DNA from: an uncultured Christensenella sp.
GTDB lineage: Bacteria; Bacillota; Clostridia; Christensenellales; DTU072
DNA: 64,000 nucleotides
NCBI GenBank assembly: GCA_949285605.1
Contig: CASDZI010000001.1
Location: forward strand, 12,202-76,201
Reading direction: 5' to 3'
Both the position numbers and the translations under genes were made by a program. Shown piece by piece: positions 36,955 through 46,135 of the stretch; position 1 is the stretch's first letter, and every line of letters begins with the position of its first letter. The notes below the pieces were generated by a model. The model was not told the DNA's origin. It worked only from the letters and a program-made list of their open reading frames with translations, and searched no databases.

Positions 36955-37638
36955 ATGATTTCTGCCGTTACTTTCGAGGTTATAGACTGGAACTCCCGCC
37001 TTTTGGATCTGGTGGTGCGGTTGTTGGTCAGCGTATTATGCGGATTTGCGATAGGTTACGAGAGAAAGACCCGTTCCAAAGAGGCGGGGATCAGAACTCA
37101 CGCCATAGTGTGTCTTGCCGCCGCGCTTATCATGGAAATATCTCTCTACGGGGTAGGTAAATATACCGATACGGGGCGTATCGCCGCGCAGATAGTTTCC
37201 GGCATAGGTTTTTTGGGCGCCGGGATTATCTTTTACCGCAGAGAAGTGCTGCACGGGCTGACCACGGCGGCAGGCGTATGGGCTACGGCAGGTATCGGTA
37301 TGGCGATTGGCGCGGGGATGTATTCCATAGGTATCATCAGTACCGTACTTTTGGTTTTGTTGCAGGTTATACTTCACCGTCCGCTTAAAATAATGAAAGG
37401 CAGAGTTCTGACCACTTTGAGAATAACCGTTTCCATGGAATCCGCCGATACGGTGGACAGAATACAATACCTCTTCGATGCGAAGAAGTTTCTGAAATTC
37501 AAAACGGTAAATTGCGGCGAAAATATCGGCGCAGAAATCGAACTCGTCACCGAAAAGAGTTTTACCGCAAAAGAACTTTACGATATTTCCAAAAACAACA
37601 GTTTTATAAAATCCCTCGAAAAGACCGACGAAATATAA
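36955..37638 (+). CDS. mgtC: MgtC/SapB family membrane protein
   Basis: 227 aa. LLVSVLCGFAIGYERKTRSKEAGIRTHAIVCLAAAL, GIGFLGAGIIF and a soluble C-terminal domain. Confidence 0.85.
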   Translation: MISAVTFEVIDWNSRLLDLVVRLLVSVLCGFAIGYERKTRSKEAGIRTHAIVCLAAALIMEISLYGVGKYTDTGRIAAQIVSGIGFLGAGIIFYRREVLHGLTTAAGVWATAGIGMAIGAGMYSIGIISTVLLVLLQVILHRPLKIMKGRVLTTLRITVSMESADTVDRIQYLFDAKKFLKFKTVNCGENIGAEIELVTEKSFTAKELYDISKNNSFIKSLEKTDEI

Positions 37639-37659
37639 TCGTCCGATTTATCGAAACGA

Positions 37660-37696
37660 CACGAAACGGCTCTTTCGGGAGCCGTTCTTTTGTTTA
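37660..37696. terminator. bidirectional rho-independent terminator
   Basis: AACGGCTC-TTTCGG-GAGCCGTT with A-rich sequence upstream and CTTTTGTTT downstream. It lies between convergent mgtC (+) and ppx-like (-). Confidence 0.8.
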
Positions 37697-37725
37697 AGGG
37701 AGACCTTAAAAGGGTTTATAAAAAC

Positions 37726-38574
37726 TTAAAGATTTTCTTTCAGGCGTTTGTAGCCTTCCAGATTATCGTTTTCGCTGACGGTTATTTCCTCTAAGGACAG
37801 GTATCGCATTATGCCCATTACGAGCAGGATGCCTGCCGGCAGGATGAGAATTTTCTGCGGATGCATACCTTTTATTTCCGCCCTTTTTTCCACGGGGGTG
37901 GCGAGTATGCGGGAAACGGTCTTTTCCATTTCGTCGTAGGTGATTTTTTTAAGATGGATCTTTTCGGGGTCGTAAGGCTCTATCCCGTCCCGGACCGCCA
38001 CGAGGGAGGAGGTGGTGCCGCCTATCGTCACCATTTCCGAAAAGGGCGGAACCTTCCCGTATTCGCAAACTCTTTCGTTTACGAGTTTTTCCACGGTTTT
38101 GCGGTCGAGGGAATAGTCTTTTATCCTTACCGCCCCGAGGGGAAGGGAATGGGAATAGACGAGACCTTTGTCGTTGCCTACGGCAAGTTCGCTGGAAGCT
38201 CCGCCCACGTCGAGGACGGCTTGAAATTCCCCTTTGCCGTAATAGGCTCCGTCGAAACCGATTTTTGCTTCGAGTTGGGGGGAAAGCACGTCGAGTTCGA
38301 CTCCGTCGGCGGCGAGTGCGGCTCGGAAAACGTCGCCGTTTTTTGCGCTTCTGACCGCCTCCGTTGCGAATACGAAAACTTCTTCCGCTCCGTTATCGAG
38401 GGCGAAACGGCGGAAAGATTTCACGGCTTCGGCGGTACGGGCGACGGCTTCGGGCAGGAGAGCCCCTCCGGGGACGAGTTTCTCGGCGAGCTGGGTGTTG
38501 GTAATACGTTTTTTGCCGTTCAGAAGCAACCTTACCGAATTGCTTCCGACGTCGATATAGGCGTAGTTTTTCAT
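37726..38574 (-). CDS. Ppx/GppA-family phosphatase (short, N-terminal ASKHA domains only)
   Basis: 282 aa. YAYIDVGSNSVRLLL, VFATEAVRSAKN, LDVGGASSEL. ATGA overlap with the sigH stop. Confidence 0.8.
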   Translation of the reverse strand: MKNYAYIDVGSNSVRLLLNGKKRITNTQLAEKLVPGGALLPEAVARTAEAVKSFRRFALDNGAEEVFVFATEAVRSAKNGDVFRAALAADGVELDVLSPQLEAKIGFDGAYYGKGEFQAVLDVGGASSELAVGNDKGLVYSHSLPLGAVRIKDYSLDRKTVEKLVNERVCEYGKVPPFSEMVTIGGTTSSLVAVRDGIEPYDPEKIHLKKITYDEMEKTVSRILATPVEKRAEIKGMHPQKILILPAGILLVMGIMRYLSLEEITVSENDNLEGYKRLKENL

Positions 38575-39146
38575 ACGAAAAGTTCTCGGTTCTTTTTGAT
38601 TTTGGTTTTTATCGAGTGGAGGGTGTTGTCCACTTTCTTGACGGGCATTCCCACCAGATCGGCTATTTCGCTGTAGGTGTAGCCGTCCAGATAATAGTGC
38701 AATACCTCTATTTGCGAGGGCTTGAAGAGGGAAGCCATTTTTTCGTAAAAATGCTCCACGCCCTCCCTTTCTATATAGTTGTGGACGGGGTCGTAAACCA
38801 GCTCCGAAGGCAGGTTGTTGTCCAGTCCCTCCAAAGCGACCGCTTCGTTGAGAGGGCGGTTCTTGGCACGGGAGGAGCGGCGTATGGCGTCTTTAATCTG
38901 ACTGCCTATGCACATACTGACGAAAGCGGTAAGGTTGTCGTTTTTTTCGGGGTCGAAGTCCCTTATCGCTTTGAATATCCCCATCAGCCCTTCCTGAAGG
39001 AGATCGTCGTAGGAGCCGCTTACGAGAAAATATTTCCTCGCCTTGCTTCGGGCGAGCCACATATATTTGGAGATCAAAGCCTCCATACAGTCGGCGTCGC
39101 CGCTTTTGGCTTTCATTATCAAATCCTTTTCCGACACGTTTTCCAT
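38571..39146 (-). CDS. sigH: RNA polymerase sigma factor SigH-like
   Basis: 191 aa. DLLQEGLMGIFKAIRDFDPEK, PLNEAVAL, LDGYTYSEIADLVGMPVKKVDNTLHSIKTKI. Conserved position downstream of rlmB. Confidence 0.75.
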   Translation of the reverse strand: MENVSEKDLIMKAKSGDADCMEALISKYMWLARSKARKYFLVSGSYDDLLQEGLMGIFKAIRDFDPEKNDNLTAFVSMCIGSQIKDAIRRSSRAKNRPLNEAVALEGLDNNLPSELVYDPVHNYIEREGVEHFYEKMASLFKPSQIEVLHYYLDGYTYSEIADLVGMPVKKVDNTLHSIKTKIKKNRELFV

Positions 39147-39163
39147 AGTTTAACCTCGCAAGA

Positions 39164-39871
39164 TCAGCCTCTTTGTCTGACGCATTCGTAAAGCATAATC
39201 CCTGCGGCAACCGAAGCGTTGAGGGAATTTATCTTGCCTTTTTGCGGAAGGGACACCGCCCCGTCGCAAAGTTTTCTCGTGAGGGCGTGGACGCCGTTCC
39301 CTTCGCCGCCTATCACCAGAGCGAGGTCGCCCGTAAGATCTGCGTCGAAAACGCTTTCGCCGTCCATATCCGCCGCCAGTACCTTTACGTTCCGATCCTT
39401 CAGATCTCTTATGACGTCGTTGAGGTTGCCGACCTTGGCTATTTTGACGTGGCTTGCCGCTCCGCAGGAAACCTTTATCACGGTGTCCGTCACTCCGCAG
39501 CACCTGCGTCGGGGGATGATTATCCCGTCGGCTCCCGCACATTCGGCGGAACGGATTATCGCGCCCAGATTGTGGGGATCCTCTATCCCGTCCAGCAAAA
39601 GAAGCAACAGCTCTTTTCCGGAAAGCAGCTCCTCGTAGTCGCAATAATCGTAATCGGTGGCTATGCCGATAAATCCTCTGTGGTTTTCTCCTGAGGAAAG
39701 CTTGTCCAGCACCCGTCTGTCCACATATTGAACGGGAATTTTTTTCTCCCGACAAAGGTCTGCGACGGGCTTTGCGTTGAGGTTGGGGGCGTCTTTGAGT
39801 ATGAGCACTTTCTCCACGGTCGTTTCCGAACGCAACGCCTCGTAAACGGAGTTTCTTCCTATGAGTAACAC
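39164..39871 (-). CDS. rlmB: 23S rRNA (guanosine-2'-O)-methyltransferase, TrmH/SpoU family
   Basis: 235 aa. LDGIEDPHNLGAIIRSAECAGADGIII, LVIGGEGNGV, IPQKGKINSLNASVAAGI. Follows mrnC as in Bacillus. Confidence 0.85.
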   Translation of the reverse strand: MLLIGRNSVYEALRSETTVEKVLILKDAPNLNAKPVADLCREKKIPVQYVDRRVLDKLSSGENHRGFIGIATDYDYCDYEELLSGKELLLLLLDGIEDPHNLGAIIRSAECAGADGIIIPRRRCCGVTDTVIKVSCGAASHVKIAKVGNLNDVIRDLKDRNVKVLAADMDGESVFDADLTGDLALVIGGEGNGVHALTRKLCDGAVSLPQKGKINSLNASVAAGIMLYECVRQRG

Positions 39872-39873
39872 TT

Positions 39874-40347
39874 TCAGACCTCCTCGTCTTTTTTCTCGTT
39901 TTCGGTATCCGAAACTTGAGTTTCGGGAAACTTATCGGAATAAATATTTTCGTACAGTTCGGTGAGGCGGTCGTTTTGACCGCTCAGGTAAAGGTAGCCG
40001 GTGACCGCCTCGAAAGCCGTGGCGAGCTGATAGCGGTAGATGCCGGCATGCTTGGGGACGGTGTTTATTTTGGCGTTTTTGGCTTTGTTGAAAATAAACC
40101 TTTCCGCTTCGTTGAGCAGGGGGAAGAGTTTTTTGGCGTCCTCCGCCTGGGCGGAAGCGCAGACGTAAGAGGAAGCGAGTTCGTGCAGGACGTTGTTCTT
40201 GTAAGGGTTGCGTTCCAGGACCGCCGCCCGTACGAAAAGGGTATGCACTCCGTCGCCCACGAAACTTAACGTGAGAGGATTTGCGTCCCGCAGGGCAGCC
40301 ACGGGGACAGAGTCCATGGAAAAAGGTAAATATTTCTTCATAACCAT
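39874..40347 (-). CDS. mrnC: mini-ribonuclease 3
   Basis: 157 aa. LTLSFVGDGVHTLFVR, NKAKNAKINTVPKHA, YRYQLATAFEAVTGYLYL. An alternative ATG lies at 40341. There is no SD, and the promoter is immediately upstream. Confidence 0.8.
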   Translation of the reverse strand: MVMKKYLPFSMDSVPVAALRDANPLTLSFVGDGVHTLFVRAAVLERNPYKNNVLHELASSYVCASAQAEDAKKLFPLLNEAERFIFNKAKNAKINTVPKHAGIYRYQLATAFEAVTGYLYLSGQNDRLTELYENIYSDKFPETQVSDTENEKKDEEV

Positions 40348-40350
40348 TCA

Positions 40351-40379
40351 ATTATAGCGTATTTATTTAATTATTACAA
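40351..40379 (-). promoter_or_regulatory. sigma-A promoter (TTGTAA-17-TATAAT) abutting the mrnC start
   Basis: On the minus strand, TTGTAA is at 40379-40374 and TATAAT at 40356-40351. Only 3 nt separate the -10 from the first ATG (40347) and 9 nt from the second (40341). Confidence 0.6.
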
Positions 40380-40436
40380 GCGTGTGGAGTTATTCCCCGA
40401 TGCCTGTTTTTACCTTTCGGACGGGGAGAAACGCTA

Positions 40437-40465
40437 TTGACAAAAGCATTAAATAGATATATATT
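40437..40465 (+). promoter_or_regulatory. sigma-A promoter (TTGACA-17-TATATT) with leaderless geometry
   Basis: TTGACA at 40437-40442 and TATATT at 40460-40465. The ATG at 40472 is exactly 7 nt after the -10, and there is no SD in between. Confidence 0.6.
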
Positions 40466-40471
40466 ATTTAT

Positions 40472-43400
40472 ATGAGAAAAAAGGCAGTTACGGGATTACT
40501 TGCGATTTTGGCGATTGCACTGTTGGCGGTCGTCGTTTCGGGTTGCGTCGACAAATACGGCGTGCCCGACGGTTACGTCGAGGTGGAAAGTCTCCGTACC
40601 GATCAGGCGAGCGTGTATTTGAGCCCCGCAGGAGAGACCGCTTCTTTTCAGACCAATATAGAAATTTTACCCCAAAACGCCACCAACAGAAAACTCGTTT
40701 ATTACGTTCCCAGCGAATACAAAGGCTACGTTCAGGTCAGCGAAAGCGGACTGATAACCGCCGTTCAGCTCACTCCGGAAGGGGAAAAGGTCCCCGTCAA
40801 GGTGTATTCTTCTTCCAACCCGAACGCCTATCTTACCATAAACGTGGTGGTGGAATACGTCGAAGTGAAGGAGATCTCCTTCGTGGAGGAGAGCCTGTCC
40901 TTGCTTTACAACAGCGAAGGAGCCACGGTGACGCCGGTATTCACGCCGTCGCACGCCCAGGACGGAAGAGCGGTGACGTTTTCCTCCCTGAACAGTAACG
41001 TCGCCACGGTGGACGCCAACGGACTGGTGACTCCGGTTTCTGCGGGCAACACGCACATTCTCGCCGTGGGAAGGACTTCCTCGGGTAAGGAAATAACCGG
41101 ACGTATCCCGGTAGTGGTGACTTACGCCGCAGGGCGTTACCGACTGGAGGTCAGCGACAGCGCTCCGCAGTACGACCAGGTCATAGGGCAGTTCAAACCC
41201 ATCAATTTCAACCTGATGGTATTGGACGAACATTCCGACCCCAACGTCTTTATCCAGTGGTATGTGGACAGCGAAAGGGTGGTGGGAATGGACAACCAAC
41301 CTCAGTATCAGCATATTCCGTCGGTTTCCACCAGGACCTCCTACAAGGTGTCGGCGGTGGTTTCCACCAGAATGGAAGAGCCTAAGACTTACTATTCCGA
41401 ACTGATTACCATTCACAATCCCTTCAGCGGATATACCTATAATTACGACAATCTTACCCTTGGAGGATACCAGTACGGCGACGTGGTGACTTTCGAACTC
41501 ACCGAGGGCTCGGACGATATAGCGGAATACCGCTGGTATCTGTCCCGAAAAGGAACTAACGCCTCGGTTTTCGTGGGGACGACCACGCCCGTTTCCCGCA
41601 ACCTCACCCGTCGGCTCAACATAGAGGGGATTTTCGTATTGAGAGCGGACGGAATGAGCGCCAACGGCACGCTTATTTCCTCCCGAGAATTCGATTTCGG
41701 CGTGACCAGATATTTCGTGGGCGACACCCTGCTCGTCAATCCGGTATTGACCGACGACGGCATACCGCCCGAAAGTTATAATTTCTATATAAAGGCGTTC
41801 GGGGACGATTCTGCGGACAGGACGGACGATTTTTCCGGTTACGATTACGTTTCTTCGGCGTTGCAGGGAGAGACGTTCGCCCTTCACCTGTCGAGTGCGG
41901 GATATTACAAACTGGCTTCGCAGGCGATGTTGGACGGCGTCGTAGCCAAAGTGGACGGGAAGGAATTTACTCTGTTCACCGACTATATCAGGGTTTATTC
42001 CGAAAACTTCACCGACATTGCCCGGGATAACGACATCGTGGACGCAACCGACGCCGATTTCGGCGTTACCGACGAATTGAAGATACACAACGTCACCGTC
42101 GGCGGTATCTACGACGGCGGATACAAAGTGCTTATAAGCTGGGATCCCGTCCGAAAAGCCGGTTCTTATGTGGCGGAAATTATTAAAGACGGCGAAATTT
42201 ATATTATCGGCGAGGGCAGAGACGGGGAAAACGCTTTCGGAGAAAATTACCTCATAGTTCCTTCGGAATATGTGACCCTTGCGGACAAATTCACGGTGAG
42301 GATAAAACAGAACGGAAGTCTGTTCTCTCCGACGTATTTCTACGGATACCAACCGACGGAAGGGCTGGAAGAATATTATTTCGGCACGGTGGGAGAGGAA
42401 CTTTACCCGTATCTCGTCGCCGTGGACGGTATTTATACTTCCTATCTGAACAATATGGAACAGCTCGGGCAGATCCTGAGGTATGTGACGACGTATCAGC
42501 CTACCGGCAACGAGTCCGTAGCTTATTCGGTGGAGAAGATAGACGGGACGGATCATAACGTATTCACGTTGAAACTTTATTTCGCTTTCGACCTCGCTCT
42601 TGCGGCGGAGCGATATCCTTCGGAAGTGAATGCCGAGGACGTCGCCGAAGAGTTCGCCGACCTGTATCTTGCGGTGTGCGGCGCTCAGAATGCGTATTGT
42701 CCTTCGGGGATATACCTTTACCGCTTCGGGCGCGACGGAGCCGGATATACCGTGACGATACTCATACCGACGGGCGGAGGGCTGCTGCATACCGACGGAA
42801 CGGAATTCGTAAAGGGGACTTCGGTGAATTACTCTTCCGAGCCGTACGGAGCCGGCTATGCCGACCATTCGATAAATTACCGTAAGACCGCCGTAACGGT
42901 CAACGACGGAGACCAGCTTTACGCCGCCGCCGAAAAAGGGTATCTCGCCGTGGCGGGGAACGATTCGGTGAGAGTTCTCTACAACAAGATCCTCGGCGTG
43001 GTCAATTCCGTGATAGGGCCCGAAATGTCGGACGCAGACAAAGCGTTGGCGTTTTTCGATTATCTCACGACGAACGTGGTTTACGATACGGCTCTGGAAG
43101 CGATGACCGCTACCCCGAGCACCGAGCTTTACAGATACGCCGGGTTCCGCCCCGAAGGGGTCTTCGACGACGGAAGGGCGGTTTGCGACGGTATCGCCAA
43201 GGCTTACGTCATTCTCTGCGCCATCGAGGGGATACCCTGCGTCAGAGTGACGGGGACTGTCGGCGGAAAAACGCATTCCTGGAATAAGATCCTGATAGAC
43301 GGGGTCTGGTATATCGCAGACGCAACGCACGGATCTTTGAACGTCGACGGTAAACTCTATTCCGATCATCGATATTTTCTGATAAGCGAAGGGGAATACG

Positions 43401-43717
43401 AGGCTTTCGACGGGGAAGCGATAGAGTACGGCGTTTATCCCGAAGCGGCGGAAAGCTACGGTTATTATGCGAAAAACGAAGTGAACGGAGTTTCCGTCAC
43501 CGTAACGGACAGGGAGCAACTGCAAAATTTAGTCGATTCTTTCGGAAGGCTGAACGCCGAGATCGACGTGGAAATTTTGTTCGATTCCGAGTATGCGGAC
43601 GGACGGGAGGCGATTTCGCAGGAAATTGCGGCAATCGTAGCCGTTTACAATAAGGTGAAAGCTCAAGCCGTTTTCCTTTCGGGGAACAGAGTTATAATCA
43701 CGTTGGAAAAAATTTAA
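40472..43717 (+). CDS. large lipoprotein with Big_2 Ig-like repeats and a C-terminal transglutaminase-like cysteine protease domain
   Basis: 1081 aa. Lipobox VVSGC; Big_2-like SSLNSNVATVDANGLVTPVSAGNTHILAVG; transglutaminase core AVCDGIAKAY...HSWNKILIDGVWYIADATHG (Cys-His-Asp). Confidence 0.85.
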   Translation: MRKKAVTGLLAILAIALLAVVVSGCVDKYGVPDGYVEVESLRTDQASVYLSPAGETASFQTNIEILPQNATNRKLVYYVPSEYKGYVQVSESGLITAVQLTPEGEKVPVKVYSSSNPNAYLTINVVVEYVEVKEISFVEESLSLLYNSEGATVTPVFTPSHAQDGRAVTFSSLNSNVATVDANGLVTPVSAGNTHILAVGRTSSGKEITGRIPVVVTYAAGRYRLEVSDSAPQYDQVIGQFKPINFNLMVLDEHSDPNVFIQWYVDSERVVGMDNQPQYQHIPSVSTRTSYKVSAVVSTRMEEPKTYYSELITIHNPFSGYTYNYDNLTLGGYQYGDVVTFELTEGSDDIAEYRWYLSRKGTNASVFVGTTTPVSRNLTRRLNIEGIFVLRADGMSANGTLISSREFDFGVTRYFVGDTLLVNPVLTDDGIPPESYNFYIKAFGDDSADRTDDFSGYDYVSSALQGETFALHLSSAGYYKLASQAMLDGVVAKVDGKEFTLFTDYIRVYSENFTDIARDNDIVDATDADFGVTDELKIHNVTVGGIYDGGYKVLISWDPVRKAGSYVAEIIKDGEIYIIGEGRDGENAFGENYLIVPSEYVTLADKFTVRIKQNGSLFSPTYFYGYQPTEGLEEYYFGTVGEELYPYLVAVDGIYTSYLNNMEQLGQILRYVTTYQPTGNESVAYSVEKIDGTDHNVFTLKLYFAFDLALAAERYPSEVNAEDVAEEFADLYLAVCGAQNAYCPSGIYLYRFGRDGAGYTVTILIPTGGGLLHTDGTEFVKGTSVNYSSEPYGAGYADHSINYRKTAVTVNDGDQLYAAAEKGYLAVAGNDSVRVLYNKILGVVNSVIGPEMSDADKALAFFDYLTTNVVYDTALEAMTATPSTELYRYAGFRPEGVFDDGRAVCDGIAKAYVILCAIEGIPCVRVTGTVGGKTHSWNKILIDGVWYIADATHGSLNVDGKLYSDHRYFLISEGEYEAFDGEAIEYGVYPEAAESYGYYAKNEVNGVSVTVTDREQLQNLVDSFGRLNAEIDVEILFDSEYADGREAISQEIAAIVAVYNKVKAQAVFLSGNRVIITLEKI

Positions 43718-43739
43718 TCCATTTCCGGGAGTTTTATTT

Positions 43740-44600
43740 ATGTTAGAAATTAAAAACGGCGAATGTTTCCTGGGCAGAACGCTCACTTTGTCGGACGGAA
43801 AGAAGGAATTGTCCGTGACGTTGGACGTAGGACCGAGAATTATCGATTTTCGGGTAAAAGACGGATTTAACATAATGTACGAGGACGTGGCGGACGCCGT
43901 GAACAAAGACGTGTCGTCCTTTTACGGCGAGGGGGCGCATTGGCATATTTACGGGGGGCACAGGCTTTGGCTCAGTCCCGAGGATATTACGACTTATTAT
44001 CCCGACAACGGGGAAGTGACCTTCGAACTCGTGCCCAACGGAGTGGAGTTCAAACCGAAGGCCTGGGCAAAAATAGACGTTCAGCCCTCGGTGAGGATAG
44101 AATTCCTGCCCGGCGGCGAAATAAAAATAACTCACTCGGTAACGAATCTCGGGGAGGAAAGAAACCTCTGCCTGTGGGCGTTGACGGTCATGAAAAGCGG
44201 AGGTAAAATGACTTTACCGCTGTCCACGGAGGATACCGGTTTTCTTGCCAACCGCAACATAGTTATGTGGCCGTATGCGTCCTTCGGCGACGAAAGACTG
44301 GCTTTATCGGACGACAAAGCGGTCTTGACGAGTTCGACGAAAATCGCTCCGCCCTTCAAATTCGGGGTTTACAAGAGGGAAATAGAAGCCGTGTACGAAT
44401 TGGAGTCCGAAGGACGGAAAGTGCGTTTCACCAAACGCATAAAGGGGGAGGATGGAAGCGCATATCCCGATTATTGCTGCAATTTCGAAAGCTATTGCAC
44501 CGATCTCATTCACGAAATAGAAACGCTTTCGCCCGTCACAAAAGCGGCATGCGGAGAAACGGTGACCCATACCGAGATCTGGAACCTGGAAAGGATATGA
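43740..44600 (+). CDS. hypothetical protein (286 aa), possibly with a beta-sandwich mutarotase-like fold
   Basis: Clean ORF 22 nt after the upstream stop. I cannot assign a family, so the fold guess is weak. Confidence 0.55.
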   Translation: MLEIKNGECFLGRTLTLSDGKKELSVTLDVGPRIIDFRVKDGFNIMYEDVADAVNKDVSSFYGEGAHWHIYGGHRLWLSPEDITTYYPDNGEVTFELVPNGVEFKPKAWAKIDVQPSVRIEFLPGGEIKITHSVTNLGEERNLCLWALTVMKSGGKMTLPLSTEDTGFLANRNIVMWPYASFGDERLALSDDKAVLTSSTKIAPPFKFGVYKREIEAVYELESEGRKVRFTKRIKGEDGSAYPDYCCNFESYCTDLIHEIETLSPVTKAACGETVTHTEIWNLERI

Positions 44601-44613
44601 TCGTTGTCCCAAA

Positions 44614-44646
44614 GGAAAAAAAGCCGTCGTTTCCGACGGCTTTTAT
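44614..44646. terminator. bidirectional rho-independent terminator
   Basis: AAAAAAA-GCCGTCG-TTTC-CGACGGC-TTTT between convergent genes. Confidence 0.85.
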
Positions 44647-44696
44647 TATATAAGGATATAAGGTTATATAAACGTATACGGAGCTTTCGCCCGAAT

Positions 44697-46091
44697 TCAA
44701 AGCTTAACGATGACGACGCCTTCTCTGGTGTCCTTTACCGAATAGCCGAGAGCTGCTATCTTATCCCGCAGTTCGTCTGCGAGGGCGAAATTCTTTTCTT
44801 TTTTCGCCTGCGTACGTTGAGCGGACAAGGCGAGGACTTCGTCGGGGACGTCGGTTCGGGCGGCGTCTTCCTGTTTGGGTTCGGTGACCTTATCGAAAGA
44901 CAACCCGAATATTTTATCGAATTTCAAAGCCAGGGCGTAAACGTCCTTGGAGAAAGGTTCCTTGACGAGATTGAAAAGCACAGCCAAAGCGAGAGGGATA
45001 TTGAGGTCGTCGTTTACGGCGTCCTCGAATTCCTTTTCGTAGGAAGCCGCTTTTTCCGCAGAGAGGGCGGCGGTGCCGTTCTTGTGCTTGTAGAGGGCGG
45101 CGTTCAGTCTTTCTCGGCTGGTTTTGGCGGCGTTCAGTCCTTCGAAGGTAAAATTGAGTTTTTTCCGATAATGGGCGTTGAGACAGAAGAAACGGAAATC
45201 CAACGGGTGGTAGCCTTTTTCCCGAAGTTGGTCTATGGTATAGGTGTTTCCGAGGGATTTACTCATTTTACCGCCGTCGACGAGCATAAATTCGCCGTGC
45301 ATCCAGTAATTGACCGTCTGTTTTCCGGCGAGGGCTTCGTTTTGAGCTATTTCGTTTTCGTGGTGGACGGGAACGGCGTCTATACCTCCGGTATGCAGAT
45401 CGAAAACCTCCCCGAGATATTTCTTGCTCATTGCGCTGCATTCGATGTGCCAGCCGGGATACCCCATTCCCCAGGGGCTTTCCCATTGCATGATGTGGTT
45501 TTTGTCGGCTTTTTTCCAGAGTGCGAAATCGGCAGGGTGGCGTTTTTCGGCGTTCTCTTCTATCCTTGCGCCGGCTTCCTTTTCCGCAATCGATTGACCC
45601 GACAGTTTCCCGTAGGAGGGGAATTTGGAAATATCGAAATAAATTCCGTCGCTTATTTCGTAAGCGTAACCTTTTTCCATAAGAGCCTGCACGAACGCTA
45701 TCATTTCGGGAATGTGATCGGTGGCTTTTGCGATAATTTCCGGTTTCGCTATATTGAGGGCGGCGATGTCCTTAAAAAAGATATCGCTGTAGAAAGCGGC
45801 AATTTCCCAAGGGGTTTTCTTTTGTTCTCGGGCGGTTTTCTGGAGTTTGTCTTCGCCGTCGTCGGCGTCGGCAAGGAGATGTCCTACGTCGGTTATGTTC
45901 ATGACGCCTTTGATCTTATATCCGTCGTAACGCAGCACCCGTCTTATCAGATCCATAAAAATATAGGTGCGTAGATTGCCGATATGGGCGGTGCTGTAAA
46001 CGGTAGGTCCGCAGGAATACATAGTGACGAGTTTTCCCGCCAAGGGACGGAACTCTTCTTTCTGTCTGGTGAGAGTGTTATAAACTTTCAT
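44697..46091 (-). CDS. cysS: cysteine--tRNA ligase
   Basis: I chose the internal ATG at 46091 (MKVYNTLTRQKEEF), with GGAG upstream. HIGNLR (HIGH) and KMSKS motifs; zinc-site region around PGWHIECS. Confidence 0.92.
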   Translation of the reverse strand: MKVYNTLTRQKEEFRPLAGKLVTMYSCGPTVYSTAHIGNLRTYIFMDLIRRVLRYDGYKIKGVMNITDVGHLLADADDGEDKLQKTAREQKKTPWEIAAFYSDIFFKDIAALNIAKPEIIAKATDHIPEMIAFVQALMEKGYAYEISDGIYFDISKFPSYGKLSGQSIAEKEAGARIEENAEKRHPADFALWKKADKNHIMQWESPWGMGYPGWHIECSAMSKKYLGEVFDLHTGGIDAVPVHHENEIAQNEALAGKQTVNYWMHGEFMLVDGGKMSKSLGNTYTIDQLREKGYHPLDFRFFCLNAHYRKKLNFTFEGLNAAKTSRERLNAALYKHKNGTAALSAEKAASYEKEFEDAVNDDLNIPLALAVLFNLVKEPFSKDVYALALKFDKIFGLSFDKVTEPKQEDAARTDVPDEVLALSAQRTQAKKEKNFALADELRDKIAALGYSVKDTREGVVIVKL

Positions 46092-46135
46092 AAGGTTTGC
46101 TCCGTACCGCCGAAAAGGCGGTCTGTTAAAATTTT

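Noticed and set aside
40667-43525. 952-aa ORF on the minus strand, one of the longest in the track
   Set aside because: It is entirely antisense to the 1081-aa lipoprotein gene, which has a lipobox, Big_2 repeats and a transglutaminase Cys-His-Asp core. Its translation is low-complexity (R/G/V/H-rich) with no motifs, RBS or promoter. Long antisense ORFs recur across this window because the codon usage rarely places stop-complement triplets in the mirrored frame.
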